Source of the DNA: Parasynechococcus marenigrum WH 8102
Lineage (GTDB): Bacteria > Cyanobacteriota > Cyanobacteriia > PCC-6307 > Cyanobiaceae
NCBI RefSeq assembly: GCF_000195975.1
Contig: NC_005070.1
Coordinates: 1,830,001 to 1,862,000 of the forward strand
Length of the DNA stretch: 32,000 nucleotides
Reading direction: 5' to 3'
This document shows positions 1 through 10,023 of the stretch, in pieces. The translations under genes and the position numbers were made by a program. Under the pieces are notes generated by a model, which was given only the letters and a program-made list of their open reading frames with translations, ran no database searches and was not told the origin of the DNA. Positions within the stretch are counted from its first letter, which is position 1, and each line of letters opens with the position of its first letter.

Positions 1-1
1 C

Positions 2-1603
2 AGCGCCCTCAGCGAGGCAGTGGCAGCAGCCCCAGAGAACGAAGCGCTGTTGTCCGAACTGGGCCAACTGAGCCAGCGCATGGACGATGAAGAGGCCTGG
101 AGCCTCGAGCAGCAATGCCAGGAAGTGCTGCAGAAGCTCGGCATCAGCGATCTCCAGCGTCCCGTAGCGGACCTCTCGGGGGGCTACCGGAAGCGGGTTG
201 GCTTGGCCTCCGCCCTGGTGGCCTGCCCGGATGTGCTGCTGCTGGATGAGCCCACCAACCATCTGGATGCTGCCGCCGTGGAGTGGTTGCAGAGCTGGTT
301 GGACCGCTACCCAGGGGCCCTGGTGCTGGTGACCCATGACCGCTACGTGCTGGATCGGGTGACCAGCCGCATGGTGGAGGTGGACCGAGGACGGGCCCGC
401 ACGTACCAGGGCAACTACAGCACCTTCCTGCAGCACAAGGCGGACGAGGAGGCCTCGGAAGCGTCCTCCGCCGCCAAATTCCGTGGTGTTCTGCGGCGGG
501 AGCTGGCCTGGCTTCGGCAGGGGCCCAAAGCCCGCAGCACCAAACAGAAAGCCCGCTTGCAGCGCATCGAGGCCATGCGCGAAGCACCCGTCCAGCAGGG
601 GCGCAAAACCCTGGAAATGGCCAGTGTCAGCCGCCGCATCGGCAAACTGGTGATCGAGGCCGAAGCCGTGGGAGTTACCGCCGATGGCCGGCCCGATGGC
701 AGGCCGCTCCTCAGAGACTTCAGCTACAGCTTCAGCCCGGAGGATCGCATCGGCATCATCGGGCCGAACGGCAGCGGTAAGTCGACCCTGCTGGATCTGA
801 TCGCCGGTCGGCGTCAGACCACGTCCGGCGCGCTGCGGCTGGGGGAGACCGTCCACATCGGCTACCTCGACCAGCACACCGAGGCTTTCACCGAGGGGAA
901 GGGGCTGCAGCGCAAGGTGATCGAATTCGTTGAAGAAGCCGCCAGCCGCATCGAAGTCGGCGGAGAGCAGGTCACCGCCTCTCAATTGCTGGAACGGTTC
1001 CTCTTCCCCCCGGCCCAGCAGCACAGCCCCCTGGCCAAGCTGTCCGGCGGCGAGCGTCGGCGTCTGACCCTGTGCCGGATGCTGATCCAGGCCCCGAACG
1101 TGCTGCTGCTGGATGAACCAACCAACGATCTCGACGTCCGCACCCTGAGCGTTCTGGAGGACTTTCTTGAAGACTTCCGGGGCTGCGTGATCGTCGTGTC
1201 CCACGACCGGTACTTTCTCGATCGCACTGTGGATCGCCTGTTCTGGTTCGATCAGGGACGTCTGCAGCGGTTCGAGGGGAACTACAGCGGCTTTCTCGAG
1301 CAGCAGCGGCAGCAGGAACGGCAACGCACCTCAGCGCCGGTGCCGACGATCAAACAAGACAGCCGCCAAGCCGATGCCAAACCATCGACGGGCCCTCGGC
1401 GGCGCAGTTTCAAGGAAACCAAGGAACTGCAACAACTCGACCAGCGCCTGCCGCAACTGGAGGAACGCAAGACGGCCCTCGAGGAGAAACTGGCCGCTCA
1501 TGGAACGGATCTCTCGCAGCTCAGCCTCGAATTAGCGGAGCTGATCGCCACCATTGAGGCCGCCGAAGAGCGCTGGCTGGAACTCAGCGAGCTTCAGGCC
1601 TGA
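2..1603 (+). CDS. ABC-F family ATPase (Uup-like), 5'-truncated by the window edge
   Basis: The reading frame is open from base 2. The first-domain signature LSGGYRKRV and Walker B LLLDEPTNHLD are present. The second domain has Walker A GPNGSGKST, signature LSGGERRRL and Walker B LLLDEPTNDLD. The C-terminus is a charged coiled-coil tail. There is no transmembrane domain. Confidence 0.9.
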   Translation, partial: SALSEAVAAAPENEALLSELGQLSQRMDDEEAWSLEQQCQEVLQKLGISDLQRPVADLSGGYRKRVGLASALVACPDVLLLDEPTNHLDAAAVEWLQSWLDRYPGALVLVTHDRYVLDRVTSRMVEVDRGRARTYQGNYSTFLQHKADEEASEASSAAKFRGVLRRELAWLRQGPKARSTKQKARLQRIEAMREAPVQQGRKTLEMASVSRRIGKLVIEAEAVGVTADGRPDGRPLLRDFSYSFSPEDRIGIIGPNGSGKSTLLDLIAGRRQTTSGALRLGETVHIGYLDQHTEAFTEGKGLQRKVIEFVEEAASRIEVGGEQVTASQLLERFLFPPAQQHSPLAKLSGGERRRLTLCRMLIQAPNVLLLDEPTNDLDVRTLSVLEDFLEDFRGCVIVVSHDRYFLDRTVDRLFWFDQGRLQRFEGNYSGFLEQQRQQERQRTSAPVPTIKQDSRQADAKPSTGPRRRSFKETKELQQLDQRLPQLEERKTALEEKLAAHGTDLSQLSLELAELIATIEAAEERWLELSELQA

Positions 1604-1686
1604 TGTCAGCGAACGATTGAAAAGGGTGTCTCGGGAGCAGGAACGAAGCATCGGCCGTAAGGTGGCCACGGCAGAAAAGTGTTCCC

Positions 1687-1905
1687 ATGAAATCGATCGA
1701 CGAGCACATTCAGAAGGACAAGACCGACATCGAAGCAGCCAAGGCTGCTGGTGATGAGGCCAAAGTGCGCCACCTCGAGGGGGAACTGCACTCCCTTGAG
1801 GAGTACAAAGAGCACAACCCCGAGGACAAGCACGATCCCACGCCCTTGGAGTTGTACTGCGACGCCAACCCAGAAGCTGACGAGTGCCGCGTCTACGACG
1901 ACTGA
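1687..1905 (+). CDS. cp12: CP12, the small Calvin-cycle regulator that binds GAPDH and PRK
   Basis: The 72-aa protein ends in YCDANPEADECRVYDD, the canonical CP12 C-terminal Cys-x8-Cys loop plus acidic tail. The N-terminal half is helical and charged, as in picocyanobacterial CP12. Confidence 0.85.
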   Translation: MKSIDEHIQKDKTDIEAAKAAGDEAKVRHLEGELHSLEEYKEHNPEDKHDPTPLELYCDANPEADECRVYDD

Positions 1906-1908
1906 ACC

Positions 1909-2175
1909 TCAGTATTCGTCGTTGTAATCAGAGGGGCTGCCGGTGAGGCTGCACACCACAGCCTCCTGATCTTTCATGGCGCGGACCTGGGCGATCGGAC
2001 GCCCCATACGCTTCAGAACGGCGATTTCCTCTTGCGTCTGACAACGGGCGATGACAGATCCCTTGTCATCCAGGCAGGTGTAGAAGGTCATCACGAGGTG
2101 GTGGATCACTGTTCCGTTATGGCGGCGCTGAGACGTGTTCACAACCACCGATGTGGTGGCCGACACGATTGTCAA
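1909..2175 (-). CDS. Hypothetical small protein downstream of obg
   Basis: An 88-codon ORF lies 12 nt downstream of the obg stop on the same strand, with core-like GC-rich codon usage. The annotated start is TTG, and an internal ATG (MTFYTC...) is an alternative. I do not recognise a family. Confidence 0.5.
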   Translation of the reverse strand: MTIVSATTSVVVNTSQRRHNGTVIHHLVMTFYTCLDDKGSVIARCQTQEEIAVLKRMGRPIAQVRAMKDQEAVVCSLTGSPSDYNDEY

Positions 2176-2187
2176 CCGATTCCGTCT

Positions 2188-3180
2188 TTAGGCGATCCCC
2201 AGTTCTTTCCAGACCCGTTCCAGCAGCTGATCAAGATTGCGTCCCATCGCTGCTGAGATGCACAGGGGAGCGCGTCCACTGACCTGTTCCAGCTCATTGC
2301 TGAGTTCAGGGAGCTGCTCGTCCAGAAGCAATTCCTGCTTGTTCAGCACCAGCAGGCGAGGTCGGTCCACCAGGCCATGGCCGTAGGCCTCCAACTCCTT
2401 CTCCACCACCCGTAGATCGCCGACGGGATCATCGGCCCCGGCATCGACAACGTGAATCAGCAGACGGGTGCGTTCGATATGACGCAGAAAATCGTGTCCC
2501 AATCCGGCGCCCTGGGCAGCACCAGCGATCAATCCAGGAATATCGGCAAAGACTGTGCCGTCGCCACTGGGGCGTCGCACCACGCCGAGATTGGGCACGA
2601 GGGTGGTGAAGGGGTAGTCGGCGATTTTGGGGCGAGCGGCTGACAGGACAGCGATCAGAGTGCTCTTGCCCGCGTTGGGCAAGCCGATGATGCCCACCTC
2701 CGCCAGAAGCTTCAGTTCCAGCTGAAGGGGCCATTCCTCCCCATCGCGACCTTCGGTGAATTTCTCCGGCGCACGGTTGCGATTGCTGAGGTAATGGGCA
2801 TTACCAAGACCGCCGCGGCCGCCGAAGGCCACGGTCAAACGCTCGCCGGGATCGGTCAGGTCCCCCAGCAGGATGCCGGTGGCGAGATGTCGCACCTCGG
2901 TCCCGCAGGGCACCTTGATCACCAGATCCCGACCCGAGGCTCCCGTGCACTTGTTCGGGCCACCTCGCCGGCCGTCATCCGCGGCGAACAACCGTTTGTA
3001 CTTGAAGTCGAGCAGGGTCTGAAGGTTGCTGTCCGCCTCAAGCACCACGGGCCCACCATGGCCTCCATCACCTCCGGAGGGTCCACCGGCCGGCACATAT
3101 TTCTCGCGACGAAACGCGGCGATGCCATCTCCACCGCGCCCACCGCGCACCGTGATCCGTGCCTGATCGATGAACTGCAC
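2188..3180 (-). CDS. obg: GTPase Obg/CgtA
   Basis: The N-terminal glycine-rich Obg fold reads [43 protein letters not shown]. The G1 motif GLPNAGKST and the motif DIPGLI are present. Confidence 0.95.
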   Translation of the reverse strand: MQFIDQARITVRGGRGGDGIAAFRREKYVPAGGPSGGDGGHGGPVVLEADSNLQTLLDFKYKRLFAADDGRRGGPNKCTGASGRDLVIKVPCGTEVRHLATGILLGDLTDPGERLTVAFGGRGGLGNAHYLSNRNRAPEKFTEGRDGEEWPLQLELKLLAEVGIIGLPNAGKSTLIAVLSAARPKIADYPFTTLVPNLGVVRRPSGDGTVFADIPGLIAGAAQGAGLGHDFLRHIERTRLLIHVVDAGADDPVGDLRVVEKELEAYGHGLVDRPRLLVLNKQELLLDEQLPELSNELEQVSGRAPLCISAAMGRNLDQLLERVWKELGIA

Positions 3181-3238
3181 GGCGCCACGCGATGGATCCA
3201 GCCTTCAACCCTAAGATTCAGCCGCTGCTGAACTGCCG

Positions 3239-4462
3239 TTGGCCGGCGTCCGTTTCGAAGCCCTCAGCAAGACCTATCCCGGACGCCGTGGCTCGGAGCC
3301 CGTGCCTGTGATCCGCGAGCTGGACCTCAGCATCGAAGACGGTGAATTCCTGGTGCTGGTTGGACCGTCTGGGTGCGGCAAGAGCACCTTGCTGCGACTG
3401 CTGGCCGGCCTAGAGAGCCCCACTGCGGGTGAAATTGTCATCGGCGAGCGCCCCGTGAGCCAGGTGCGGCCCGGGCGTCGCGACGTGGCCATGGTGTTCC
3501 AGAGCTACGCGCTCTATCCGCACCTGAGCGTGCGCGACAACCTCAGCTTCGGGCTGCGACGTAGCCGCCATCGCAGCCTGCCTCAGCTATTGCAGGATCA
3601 ACTCAGCCAGCTCAGCCGCGGACTTCCCGCGTTCCTGAGGGTGCGATCCCCGCGAGAAGAGCTGATTGAACAGCGCGTCCACACCGTGGCCCAGGCCCTG
3701 GAGCTGGAACCGCTCCTCGACCGCCTGCCGAAGGAGCTCTCCGGCGGGCAGAAACAACGGGTTGCCCTGGGGCGTGCCATGGCGAGGAAACCGGCGGTGT
3801 TTCTGATGGACGAACCGCTCAGCAACCTGGACGCCAAGCTGCGCAACAGCACCCGCACCCGCATCGTTGACCTGCAGCGGGAGCTGGGCACCACAACGGT
3901 CTATGTGACCCATGACCAGGTGGAAGCCATGACGATGGGTCACCGCATCGCCGTACTCAATCAGGGGCGCCTGCAGCAGCTCGGAACCCCGATGGAGCTC
4001 TACCGGTGGCCGTCCAATTTGTTCGTGGCACAGTTCATCGGCAGCCCACCGATGACGATGCTTCCCGTGGTGATCGGTCCAGGCGCCACCCTGCTTCTCG
4101 GCTCCAAGCGGCTGTCGGTGGAGGGGCCTCTGGCAACGGCTTTACCGGTATTGGAAGGCCAGACGCTGACGGCGGGCCTGCGGCCGGAGGGTTGGCGTGT
4201 GGCACCGGCCACGAACCGCAACCTGCCGGCCTCGGTGCTTCATTGCGAAGTGCTGGGAAACGAGCAATTGATCAGCTGCCGCCTGCACGACGGAGACCAC
4301 CTGGTGCAGGTGCGCACCGAGCCCGACTTGACGGTCAAGCCTGACGATGTGCTGCATCTGGATGCTGAACCCAGTGGCTGGCGGTTGTTCGATGCCAGTG
4401 GAGAAGCGATTGCATGGCAGGATCCCGTCACTGCCGGTCCAACGCTGCCCGAGCTGAACTGA
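3239..4462 (+). CDS. ABC transporter ATP-binding subunit, MalK/UgpC/GgtA-like sugar-import type
   Basis: Walker A GPSGCGKST, Q-loop VFQSYALYPH, signature LSGGQKQRVALGRA, Walker B FLMDEPLSNLD and a C-terminal MalK-type regulatory/TOBE-like domain are present. The start codon is TTG. Confidence 0.9.
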   Translation: MAGVRFEALSKTYPGRRGSEPVPVIRELDLSIEDGEFLVLVGPSGCGKSTLLRLLAGLESPTAGEIVIGERPVSQVRPGRRDVAMVFQSYALYPHLSVRDNLSFGLRRSRHRSLPQLLQDQLSQLSRGLPAFLRVRSPREELIEQRVHTVAQALELEPLLDRLPKELSGGQKQRVALGRAMARKPAVFLMDEPLSNLDAKLRNSTRTRIVDLQRELGTTTVYVTHDQVEAMTMGHRIAVLNQGRLQQLGTPMELYRWPSNLFVAQFIGSPPMTMLPVVIGPGATLLLGSKRLSVEGPLATALPVLEGQTLTAGLRPEGWRVAPATNRNLPASVLHCEVLGNEQLISCRLHDGDHLVQVRTEPDLTVKPDDVLHLDAEPSGWRLFDASGEAIAWQDPVTAGPTLPELN

Positions 4463-4627
4463 TCAGCGCTCCATCAGGTTGTAAGCCCCGTTGGTGTCGT
4501 CCTCCTCCTCACAGATCTCCTGACCGGAGACGGTCTGATTGGTCTGGCACTCAGCCTGGCTGGGAGATGGGACAACAAGGGCACCGATCAACACGATCAG
4601 GGCCACCGAAATCGGATTGATCACCAC
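4463..4627 (-). CDS. Possible small secreted Cys-containing peptide (start uncertain)
   Basis: A GTG at 4627 gives VINPISVALIVLIGALVVPSPSQA followed by ECQTNQTVSGQEICEEEDDTNGAYNLMER, a signal-peptide-like N-terminus followed by an acidic tail with two Cys. The longer ATG start at 4711 would overlap the mutS2 3' end. Confidence 0.3.
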   Translation of the reverse strand: MVINPISVALIVLIGALVVPSPSQAECQTNQTVSGQEICEEEDDTNGAYNLMER

Positions 4628-4649
4628 AATTGCGCGACTGACGTCGCCA

Positions 4650-7088
4650 TCAACGTACCCACACCACACTGCAACCGCCTCCGCCATCCCCCTGCTCGGC
4701 GTCGGTGACACGCTCGACGTAGGGCACCGTCTCCAGCCAGGCCCGCAGCCCCCGCTTGAGCTTGCCGGTTCCTATCCCATGGATCACCCACACCGGTCCA
4801 TTGGCCCCACGCAGATGTTCCTCCACAGCGGCCTCCGCCTCATGCACACGCATGCCGCGCACATCCAGCGTGTTGCGGCTGGTGCGCACCTGGGCACCGG
4901 AGCCCGGGTTGATTCGAGCATTCACCTTCACCACCGGCTTGGCGGGCGGCTCCGGCTTGCGGCCATCGAGGCTTTCCACGCCAGACAGCTCCACTGTGCT
5001 GCGCATCACGCCGCAGCGCACAGTCAGCTGCATGCCATCATCCGAAATCGCCAGCACCTCCGCCGCCTTGCCAAGGGCCAGCAGCCGGATTCGCTCGCCG
5101 GGTTCGGGTCTCCATCCAGGCAGGGGCTGACGCCGTTCCGGTTCGGGGCGGTGACGATCCTCCAGCCGACGCAGGCGCTGTCCGGCCCGCCGTGCTGTTT
5201 CCCCATCGGCGCGATCATCCCGAAGGCGCCGGATCAGGGATCGCACCTCCTTCTGACCGTCGCGGATCGAGCGTTCCAGCCGTTGGCGCCCCTGCTCCTG
5301 GCGTTCGGCCGATTGCTGTTTCTGCTTCTGCCATCGCTGCAGCAGTTCGTCGTGGAGAAGCTCGGTGCGGGCCAGCAGAGCGGCAGCATCCTCCGCCGCC
5401 GCCTGCTGCCGCTGCCGCTGTTCCTCCAGACCACGGATCACGCTGTTGACCTCTCCATCAGCAGCGGGCGCCAGCAACTGACTCGCCTCCTCCAGCACCT
5501 GGTCATCCAGGCCGAGACGGCTGGCAATCGCCAGGGCGTTACTGCGGCCAGGGATGCCCCAGAGCAACTCATAGGTGGGGGAAAGGGTCTCGGCGTTGAA
5601 GGCCACCGAGGCGTTCTCGAAGCGGGCATCGTTGTATTTGAGGGCCTTGAGTTCGCCGAAATGGGTGGTGGCGATGGTGAGCCGAGCGCGGTCGGCGAGG
5701 GCCTTGAGCAGAGACGTCGCCAGGGCCGTGCCTTCACTGGGGTCGGTACCGGCCCCCACCTCATCGAGCAGCACCAAGGCGGGCGAAGGGCCGGACTGCA
5801 ACGCCTCCAGAATCCGGCCGATCCGCTTGATGTGACCGCTGAAGGTGGACAGGCTCTGTTGCAACGACTGTTCATCGCCGATATCCGCCAGAACCTGAGC
5901 ACACCAGGGCAGGGTCGGCATCCCTGCACAGGGCAGCAGCAATCCCGCCCGGGCCATCAATGACGCCAGACCGATGCTTTTGAGCGTGACCGTCTTGCCG
6001 CCGGTATTCGGACCGGTGATCGCCACCACCCGCAGGTCAACTGAGACCTCCATCGAAATCGGCACCACCGCCGGCCCGCCAGCACGCTTGTGCTGCCAGA
6101 CCAACAGCGGATGGCGCAGGGTCTCGAAACGGAACGGTGCCGCGGCAGAGGCCTCCATGCGGGGAGCAGTGCCGCCGAGAAAGCGGCCATAGCGGCCTCT
6201 GGCCAGGGCCAGATCCAGCTGCAGCAGGATCGACACCAACTGCAAGAGCACAGGGTGATCGTCCGCGACGACCGCGCTGAGCTCGATCAGCACCTTGCGT
6301 TCCTCGTCCCGGATCCGACCCTCCAGATCGGTCAGTCGATTCCCGATGGTGAGCACGGAGCGGGGCTCGACGAACACCGTGCTGCCTGAGGCCGAACTGT
6401 CGTGAACCTGACCCGGCACCTGCGCTACTGCGCCAGCTTTCACCGCCAGCACCGGGCGGCCATGGCGTTGGGCGATCACGCTGTCCTGCAGAAAGGGCGC
6501 CAGGCGTCGCAACAGATCCTGCAGCTTGTCGCGGCGTTCCTGGCGCAGGCCATGCCATTGCTGACGCAACCACGCCAAAGGGGCACTGGCCCGATCGGCG
6601 ATGCGACCGCCCTCTTCGATGGAGAATTTGAGCCGTTGCTCCAGCTCCGGCAACGTCACCATCGTGTCGATCAGCGCCGAACAGGCAGGCCTGAGCTCAG
6701 GCTCATCGATCTGACGGCGCAGGCGACGGGCAGCGGCAAGGGTCTCAGCCACCGCCAGCAGCTCCTCGCCGGTGGCCACGCCCCCCTTGCTGCAGCGCAG
6801 CAACACCGGTGTGAGGTCTTGCACCCCGCGGAAACTGAGGCCTCCTTCGGTCAGGTCATCGAGCACCGCCATCTCGACGGTCTCCGCCAGCCGCTGCCGG
6901 CTCGCCTCCAGGGTTTCAGGCAACACAAGGTTTCGTGCCGCATCGCGCCCCATGCGAGTGGAGGCGAAGCTCGCCAGGTGGTCGCAGACCCTGGGCCACT
7001 CGAGCAGCTCCAGAGTTTCCTGGAAGGCCTGATCGATCCCCTTCGTCGGGTCAGCGGCAGTTGGAAGGAATGCCACCGGGGGGTTCAT
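4650..7088 (-). CDS. mutS2: Endonuclease MutS2 (MutS ATPase plus C-terminal Smr domain)
   Basis: The 812-aa protein has Walker A ITGPNTGGKTVTLK, the motif LLDEVGAGTDP, a long coiled-coil region and a C-terminal Smr domain (LDVRGMRVHEAEAAVEEHL...VIHGIGTGKLK). Confidence 0.95.
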   Translation of the reverse strand: MNPPVAFLPTAADPTKGIDQAFQETLELLEWPRVCDHLASFASTRMGRDAARNLVLPETLEASRQRLAETVEMAVLDDLTEGGLSFRGVQDLTPVLLRCSKGGVATGEELLAVAETLAAARRLRRQIDEPELRPACSALIDTMVTLPELEQRLKFSIEEGGRIADRASAPLAWLRQQWHGLRQERRDKLQDLLRRLAPFLQDSVIAQRHGRPVLAVKAGAVAQVPGQVHDSSASGSTVFVEPRSVLTIGNRLTDLEGRIRDEERKVLIELSAVVADDHPVLLQLVSILLQLDLALARGRYGRFLGGTAPRMEASAAAPFRFETLRHPLLVWQHKRAGGPAVVPISMEVSVDLRVVAITGPNTGGKTVTLKSIGLASLMARAGLLLPCAGMPTLPWCAQVLADIGDEQSLQQSLSTFSGHIKRIGRILEALQSGPSPALVLLDEVGAGTDPSEGTALATSLLKALADRARLTIATTHFGELKALKYNDARFENASVAFNAETLSPTYELLWGIPGRSNALAIASRLGLDDQVLEEASQLLAPAADGEVNSVIRGLEEQRQRQQAAAEDAAALLARTELLHDELLQRWQKQKQQSAERQEQGRQRLERSIRDGQKEVRSLIRRLRDDRADGETARRAGQRLRRLEDRHRPEPERRQPLPGWRPEPGERIRLLALGKAAEVLAISDDGMQLTVRCGVMRSTVELSGVESLDGRKPEPPAKPVVKVNARINPGSGAQVRTSRNTLDVRGMRVHEAEAAVEEHLRGANGPVWVIHGIGTGKLKRGLRAWLETVPYVERVTDAEQGDGGGGCSVVWVR

Positions 7089-7431
7089 AGAGCATTTCCA
7101 GCCAGTTGCCTTCAGGATCCTTCAGATAAAAGGATGCGGTTCCGTCACGGTGATCGTGGACGGCACCGACGTGCACGCCTTCTGCCTTCAGACGATCGTG
7201 CACACGATCCACCTCCTGGCGATCGCGAAAATGAAAGGCGAAGTGGGGACCGGCGGCCTTATAGCCAGGCCCGAGCAGGGCCAGCCCGTCCCTGCCTTCA
7301 CCCGCTTCCAGATAGCACCAATCGTCGGCCTTCCAGACAAGACGCATGCCGAGGCTTTCGTAAAACGCCACCGCCCGGGACACATCCTGAACGCGGATAG
7401 CCACATGACCTAGACGATCAACCGTTGTCAT
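7051..7431 (-). CDS. VOC/glyoxalase-bleomycin resistance family protein
   Basis: From the internal ATG at 7431 the protein reads MTTVDRLGHVAIRVQDVSRAVAFYESLGM...DPEGNWLEM, a typical VOC fold. The longer ORF starting at 7512 would overlap hemB. Confidence 0.8.
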   Translation of the reverse strand: MTTVDRLGHVAIRVQDVSRAVAFYESLGMRLVWKADDWCYLEAGEGRDGLALLGPGYKAAGPHFAFHFRDRQEVDRVHDRLKAEGVHVGAVHDHRDGTASFYLKDPEGNWLEMLYEPPGGIPSNCR

Positions 7432-7480
7432 CTGCAGCCTGCGGCGGTGTGCATTCTGAAGTGTTGGGCTGCCAGACCGC

Positions 7481-8482
7481 TCAGCCCTGACGCAGCCATT
7501 CCGCGGCATCACAGGCGTGATACGTGAGGATCAGATCCGCACCGGCCCGCTTGAAGCTGAGCAGGGTTTCGAGAACCACAGCACGCTCGTCGATCCAACC
7601 GCGTTCGGCGGCGGCCTTCACCATCGAATACTCACCACTGACGTTGTAAGCAGCAATGGGCAGCTCCGACTCATTGCGCAGTCGGTGAATGATGTCCAGG
7701 TAGGCCAAACCCGGCTTCACCATCATGATGTCGGCGCCTTCCTGCTCATCCAGCTGGGCTTCCGTGATGGCTTCCCGGGCATTGGCGGGGTCCATCTGAT
7801 ATGTGTCCTTGTTGGTTGGAATCGGCTTGCTGCCGGCAGCACGGGGGGCTGAATCCAGGGCCTCACGGAATGGCCCGTAATAGGCAGAGGAGTACTTCGC
7901 GGTGTAGCTGATGATTCCGACGTGCTCAAAGCCTTCGTCGTCCAAGGCCTCACGAATGGCCCCGACTCGTCCGTCCATCATGTCGCTGGGGCCGATCAGA
8001 TCGGCACCGGCTTCGGCTTGAACCACAGCCTGTTTACAGAGCAATTCGATCGTCTCGTCGTTGAGGACGACCCCCGCTGGGCTGACGATGCCATCGTGGC
8101 CGTCGCAGGAATAGGGATCGAGTGCCACGTCAGTCATGATCGCCATCCCAGGCACCTCCTGCTTGATCTGACGAATTGCTCTGGGAATCAGGCCATTGGC
8201 GTTGAAGCACTCAGCGCCGTCTTCAGTTTTCAGCCCCTCGGCAACCTTGGGGAACAGAACGATGCAGCGGACCCCCAGGTTCCAGGCGCGCTGAACTTCT
8301 CCGGTCAGGGCCGCCAGACTCCACCGACTCGCACCTGGCATGGCACCGATGGGTTCGACGTCGGTCCCCTCATGGACAAACAGTGGATAGATGAAATCCG
8401 CTGAGGACAACTGGTGCTCCCGCACCATGGCGCGCAGGGCCGGTGTGCGGCGTAAACGACGGGGGCGGTAGGTGAGCTCCAT
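7481..8482 (-). CDS. hemB: Porphobilinogen synthase (delta-aminolevulinic acid dehydratase)
   Basis: The 333-aa protein has the N-terminal RPRRLRRTPALR motif, the conserved stretch SPSDMMDGRV (seen here as GPSDMMDGRV), the motif YQMDPAN, and active-site lysine regions (IMVKPG). Confidence 0.95.
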   Translation of the reverse strand: MELTYRPRRLRRTPALRAMVREHQLSSADFIYPLFVHEGTDVEPIGAMPGASRWSLAALTGEVQRAWNLGVRCIVLFPKVAEGLKTEDGAECFNANGLIPRAIRQIKQEVPGMAIMTDVALDPYSCDGHDGIVSPAGVVLNDETIELLCKQAVVQAEAGADLIGPSDMMDGRVGAIREALDDEGFEHVGIISYTAKYSSAYYGPFREALDSAPRAAGSKPIPTNKDTYQMDPANAREAITEAQLDEQEGADIMMVKPGLAYLDIIHRLRNESELPIAAYNVSGEYSMVKAAAERGWIDERAVVLETLLSFKRAGADLILTYHACDAAEWLRQG

Positions 8483-8521
8483 CAGGATCTGCTTCCAGGG
8501 GGAGATCGTACGGCGAGTGGA

Positions 8522-9496
8522 TTAGAGAGCAGCTGATCGCAACCAGCCGTGGCGTGGACTCTCCGACCGTTGTCTGCGGAGCTGCTCAAGCAATTGCTGT
8601 TCTTCAGGACTCCACGATGTCGGCATCACCAAGGCCAGTGTCAGCAGAAGATCACCCCGTCCACCTTTGGCCGGCCAGCCTTTGCTTTTCAGTCGGAGGC
8701 TTCTGCCAGGGGCGGTGCAAGCCGGGATCGCCACCTGCGCTTCACCGTCAGGCGTCATTACGGTGACAGTGGCACCCAGCGCCAACTCGTCGAGGCTGAC
8801 GGGCAGATCTGCCTTGAGCTGGTCATCCTCCAGGCGCCAAACAGGATGATCTTTGACGTTCAGATTCAGGAAGAGATCCCCGCGACGCCCTGTCCCAGGC
8901 TGAAGATTTCCTTTGTCCTTCAAACGAAGGCGAGAGCCGTTCTTAACGCCTGAGGGAATGCGCACCTGCACCCGTTCGTTGTTGACAGAAAGGGTGCGTT
9001 CGGTGCCCCGAAATGCTTCCGCAAACGTGATGCTGACGGATGCTTCAGCATCCAGATTCACAGGTGTGCGGGCAGCTGCGTTGCCCCTCGGGAAGCCTCC
9101 ACCGGAAAAACCACCCCCAGGGAATCCGCTGCTCTGGAAGCCACCGCCCCCTGCAGGACCGCCGAAACGCCCGAGAAGATCGCCGATGAAATCATCAAAA
9201 TTTCCGTAACGTCCGAAATCCACATCCATTCCCGGGCCTGCAGCCCCCCCCGAAGCACCGGACTGGTTCCAGTACTGGCCGAATTGTTCGTAGCGTCGAC
9301 GCTTGTCGGGATCTGACAACACCTCATAGGCCTCGCTGATCTCTTTAAAACGAGCTTCAGCACTGGCATTTCCAGGATTCACATCCGGGTGATACTGCCG
9401 AGCGAGCTTTCGGAAAGCACGCTTAACCGAATCGGCATCAGCGCTGCGGTCAACCCCCAAGACCTGGAAGTAGTCCTTGTAACCGCTGCCCGACAT
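8522..9496 (-). CDS. DnaJ-family co-chaperone, CbpA-like (J domain, G/F region, C-terminal domains, no zinc finger)
   Basis: The J domain reads DYFQVLGV...YHPDVNP. A Gly/Phe-rich linker and DnaJ C-terminal beta domains follow. No CxxCxGxG repeats are present. Confidence 0.85.
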   Translation of the reverse strand: MSGSGYKDYFQVLGVDRSADADSVKRAFRKLARQYHPDVNPGNASAEARFKEISEAYEVLSDPDKRRRYEQFGQYWNQSGASGGAAGPGMDVDFGRYGNFDDFIGDLLGRFGGPAGGGGFQSSGFPGGGFSGGGFPRGNAAARTPVNLDAEASVSITFAEAFRGTERTLSVNNERVQVRIPSGVKNGSRLRLKDKGNLQPGTGRRGDLFLNLNVKDHPVWRLEDDQLKADLPVSLDELALGATVTVMTPDGEAQVAIPACTAPGRSLRLKSKGWPAKGGRGDLLLTLALVMPTSWSPEEQQLLEQLRRQRSESPRHGWLRSAAL

Positions 9497-9615
9497 AGTC
9501 CTAAAAGCCCCTTTCCCATTCTCTCAAGCCAGGCATCATCCGTGTTGGTTCCCCATGGAGGGAAGCCCGAACGCGATGCCACAACTAGCGTTTTCCGAAG
9601 AATGCTCGAAGAGTG

Positions 9616-10020
9616 ATGCGGTGGAGCCCAGCAGGATCAGTCGCCGTGATCGCGCTTGGTCTTGGTGTTCTCAGCCCACCCGTCCTCGCCCAGGCATGGA
9701 GCGGCAACATCAAGCAGCCACAACAGGCATCAACCGCCAAGGCGCTCAACCTTTCTGAGCACTTGAGCAGGATTGGTGCTCGGTTTTTTGGGGCATGGAC
9801 CTGTCCAGCCTGCGTGCGCCAGATGGAGCTGTTTGGAAAGCAAGCAGCTGTTCTGGTTCCTTATGTGGAGTGCAGGATGCCGGAGCAACGCCCAAACGAA
9901 GCAGCTGCCTGCCGCGAGGCGGAGGTGCGGGCCTATCCCACCTGGCTGTTGCCTGATGGGCAAAGAAAAGAGGGGGTTCAGTCGATCGACGCACTGAGCC
10001 GTTGGAGCGGTCTCGACTGA
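9616..10020 (+). CDS. Exported thioredoxin-fold protein with a CPAC redox motif, resembling the Trx-like domain of cyanobacterial VKOR/DsbAB proteins
   Basis: The signal peptide ends in VLAQA. It is followed by FFGAWTCPACVRQMELFG...YVEC...YPTW, which matches the soluble Trx-like module normally fused to VKOR. Confidence 0.7.
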   Translation: MRWSPAGSVAVIALGLGVLSPPVLAQAWSGNIKQPQQASTAKALNLSEHLSRIGARFFGAWTCPACVRQMELFGKQAAVLVPYVECRMPEQRPNEAAACREAEVRAYPTWLLPDGQRKEGVQSIDALSRWSGLD

Positions 10021-10023
10021 GCC

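Noticed and set aside
4539-5963. 474-aa ORF on the plus strand
   Set aside because: It lies entirely antisense to the well-supported mutS2 gene. The product is rich in Arg/Pro/Gly/Ala/His, has no recognisable motif, and is a typical shadow ORF of high-GC DNA.
6402-7400. 332-aa ORF on the plus strand
   Set aside because: It is antisense to mutS2 and the VOC gene and has a low-complexity Arg/Pro/Gln-rich translation. It is a GC-driven shadow ORF.
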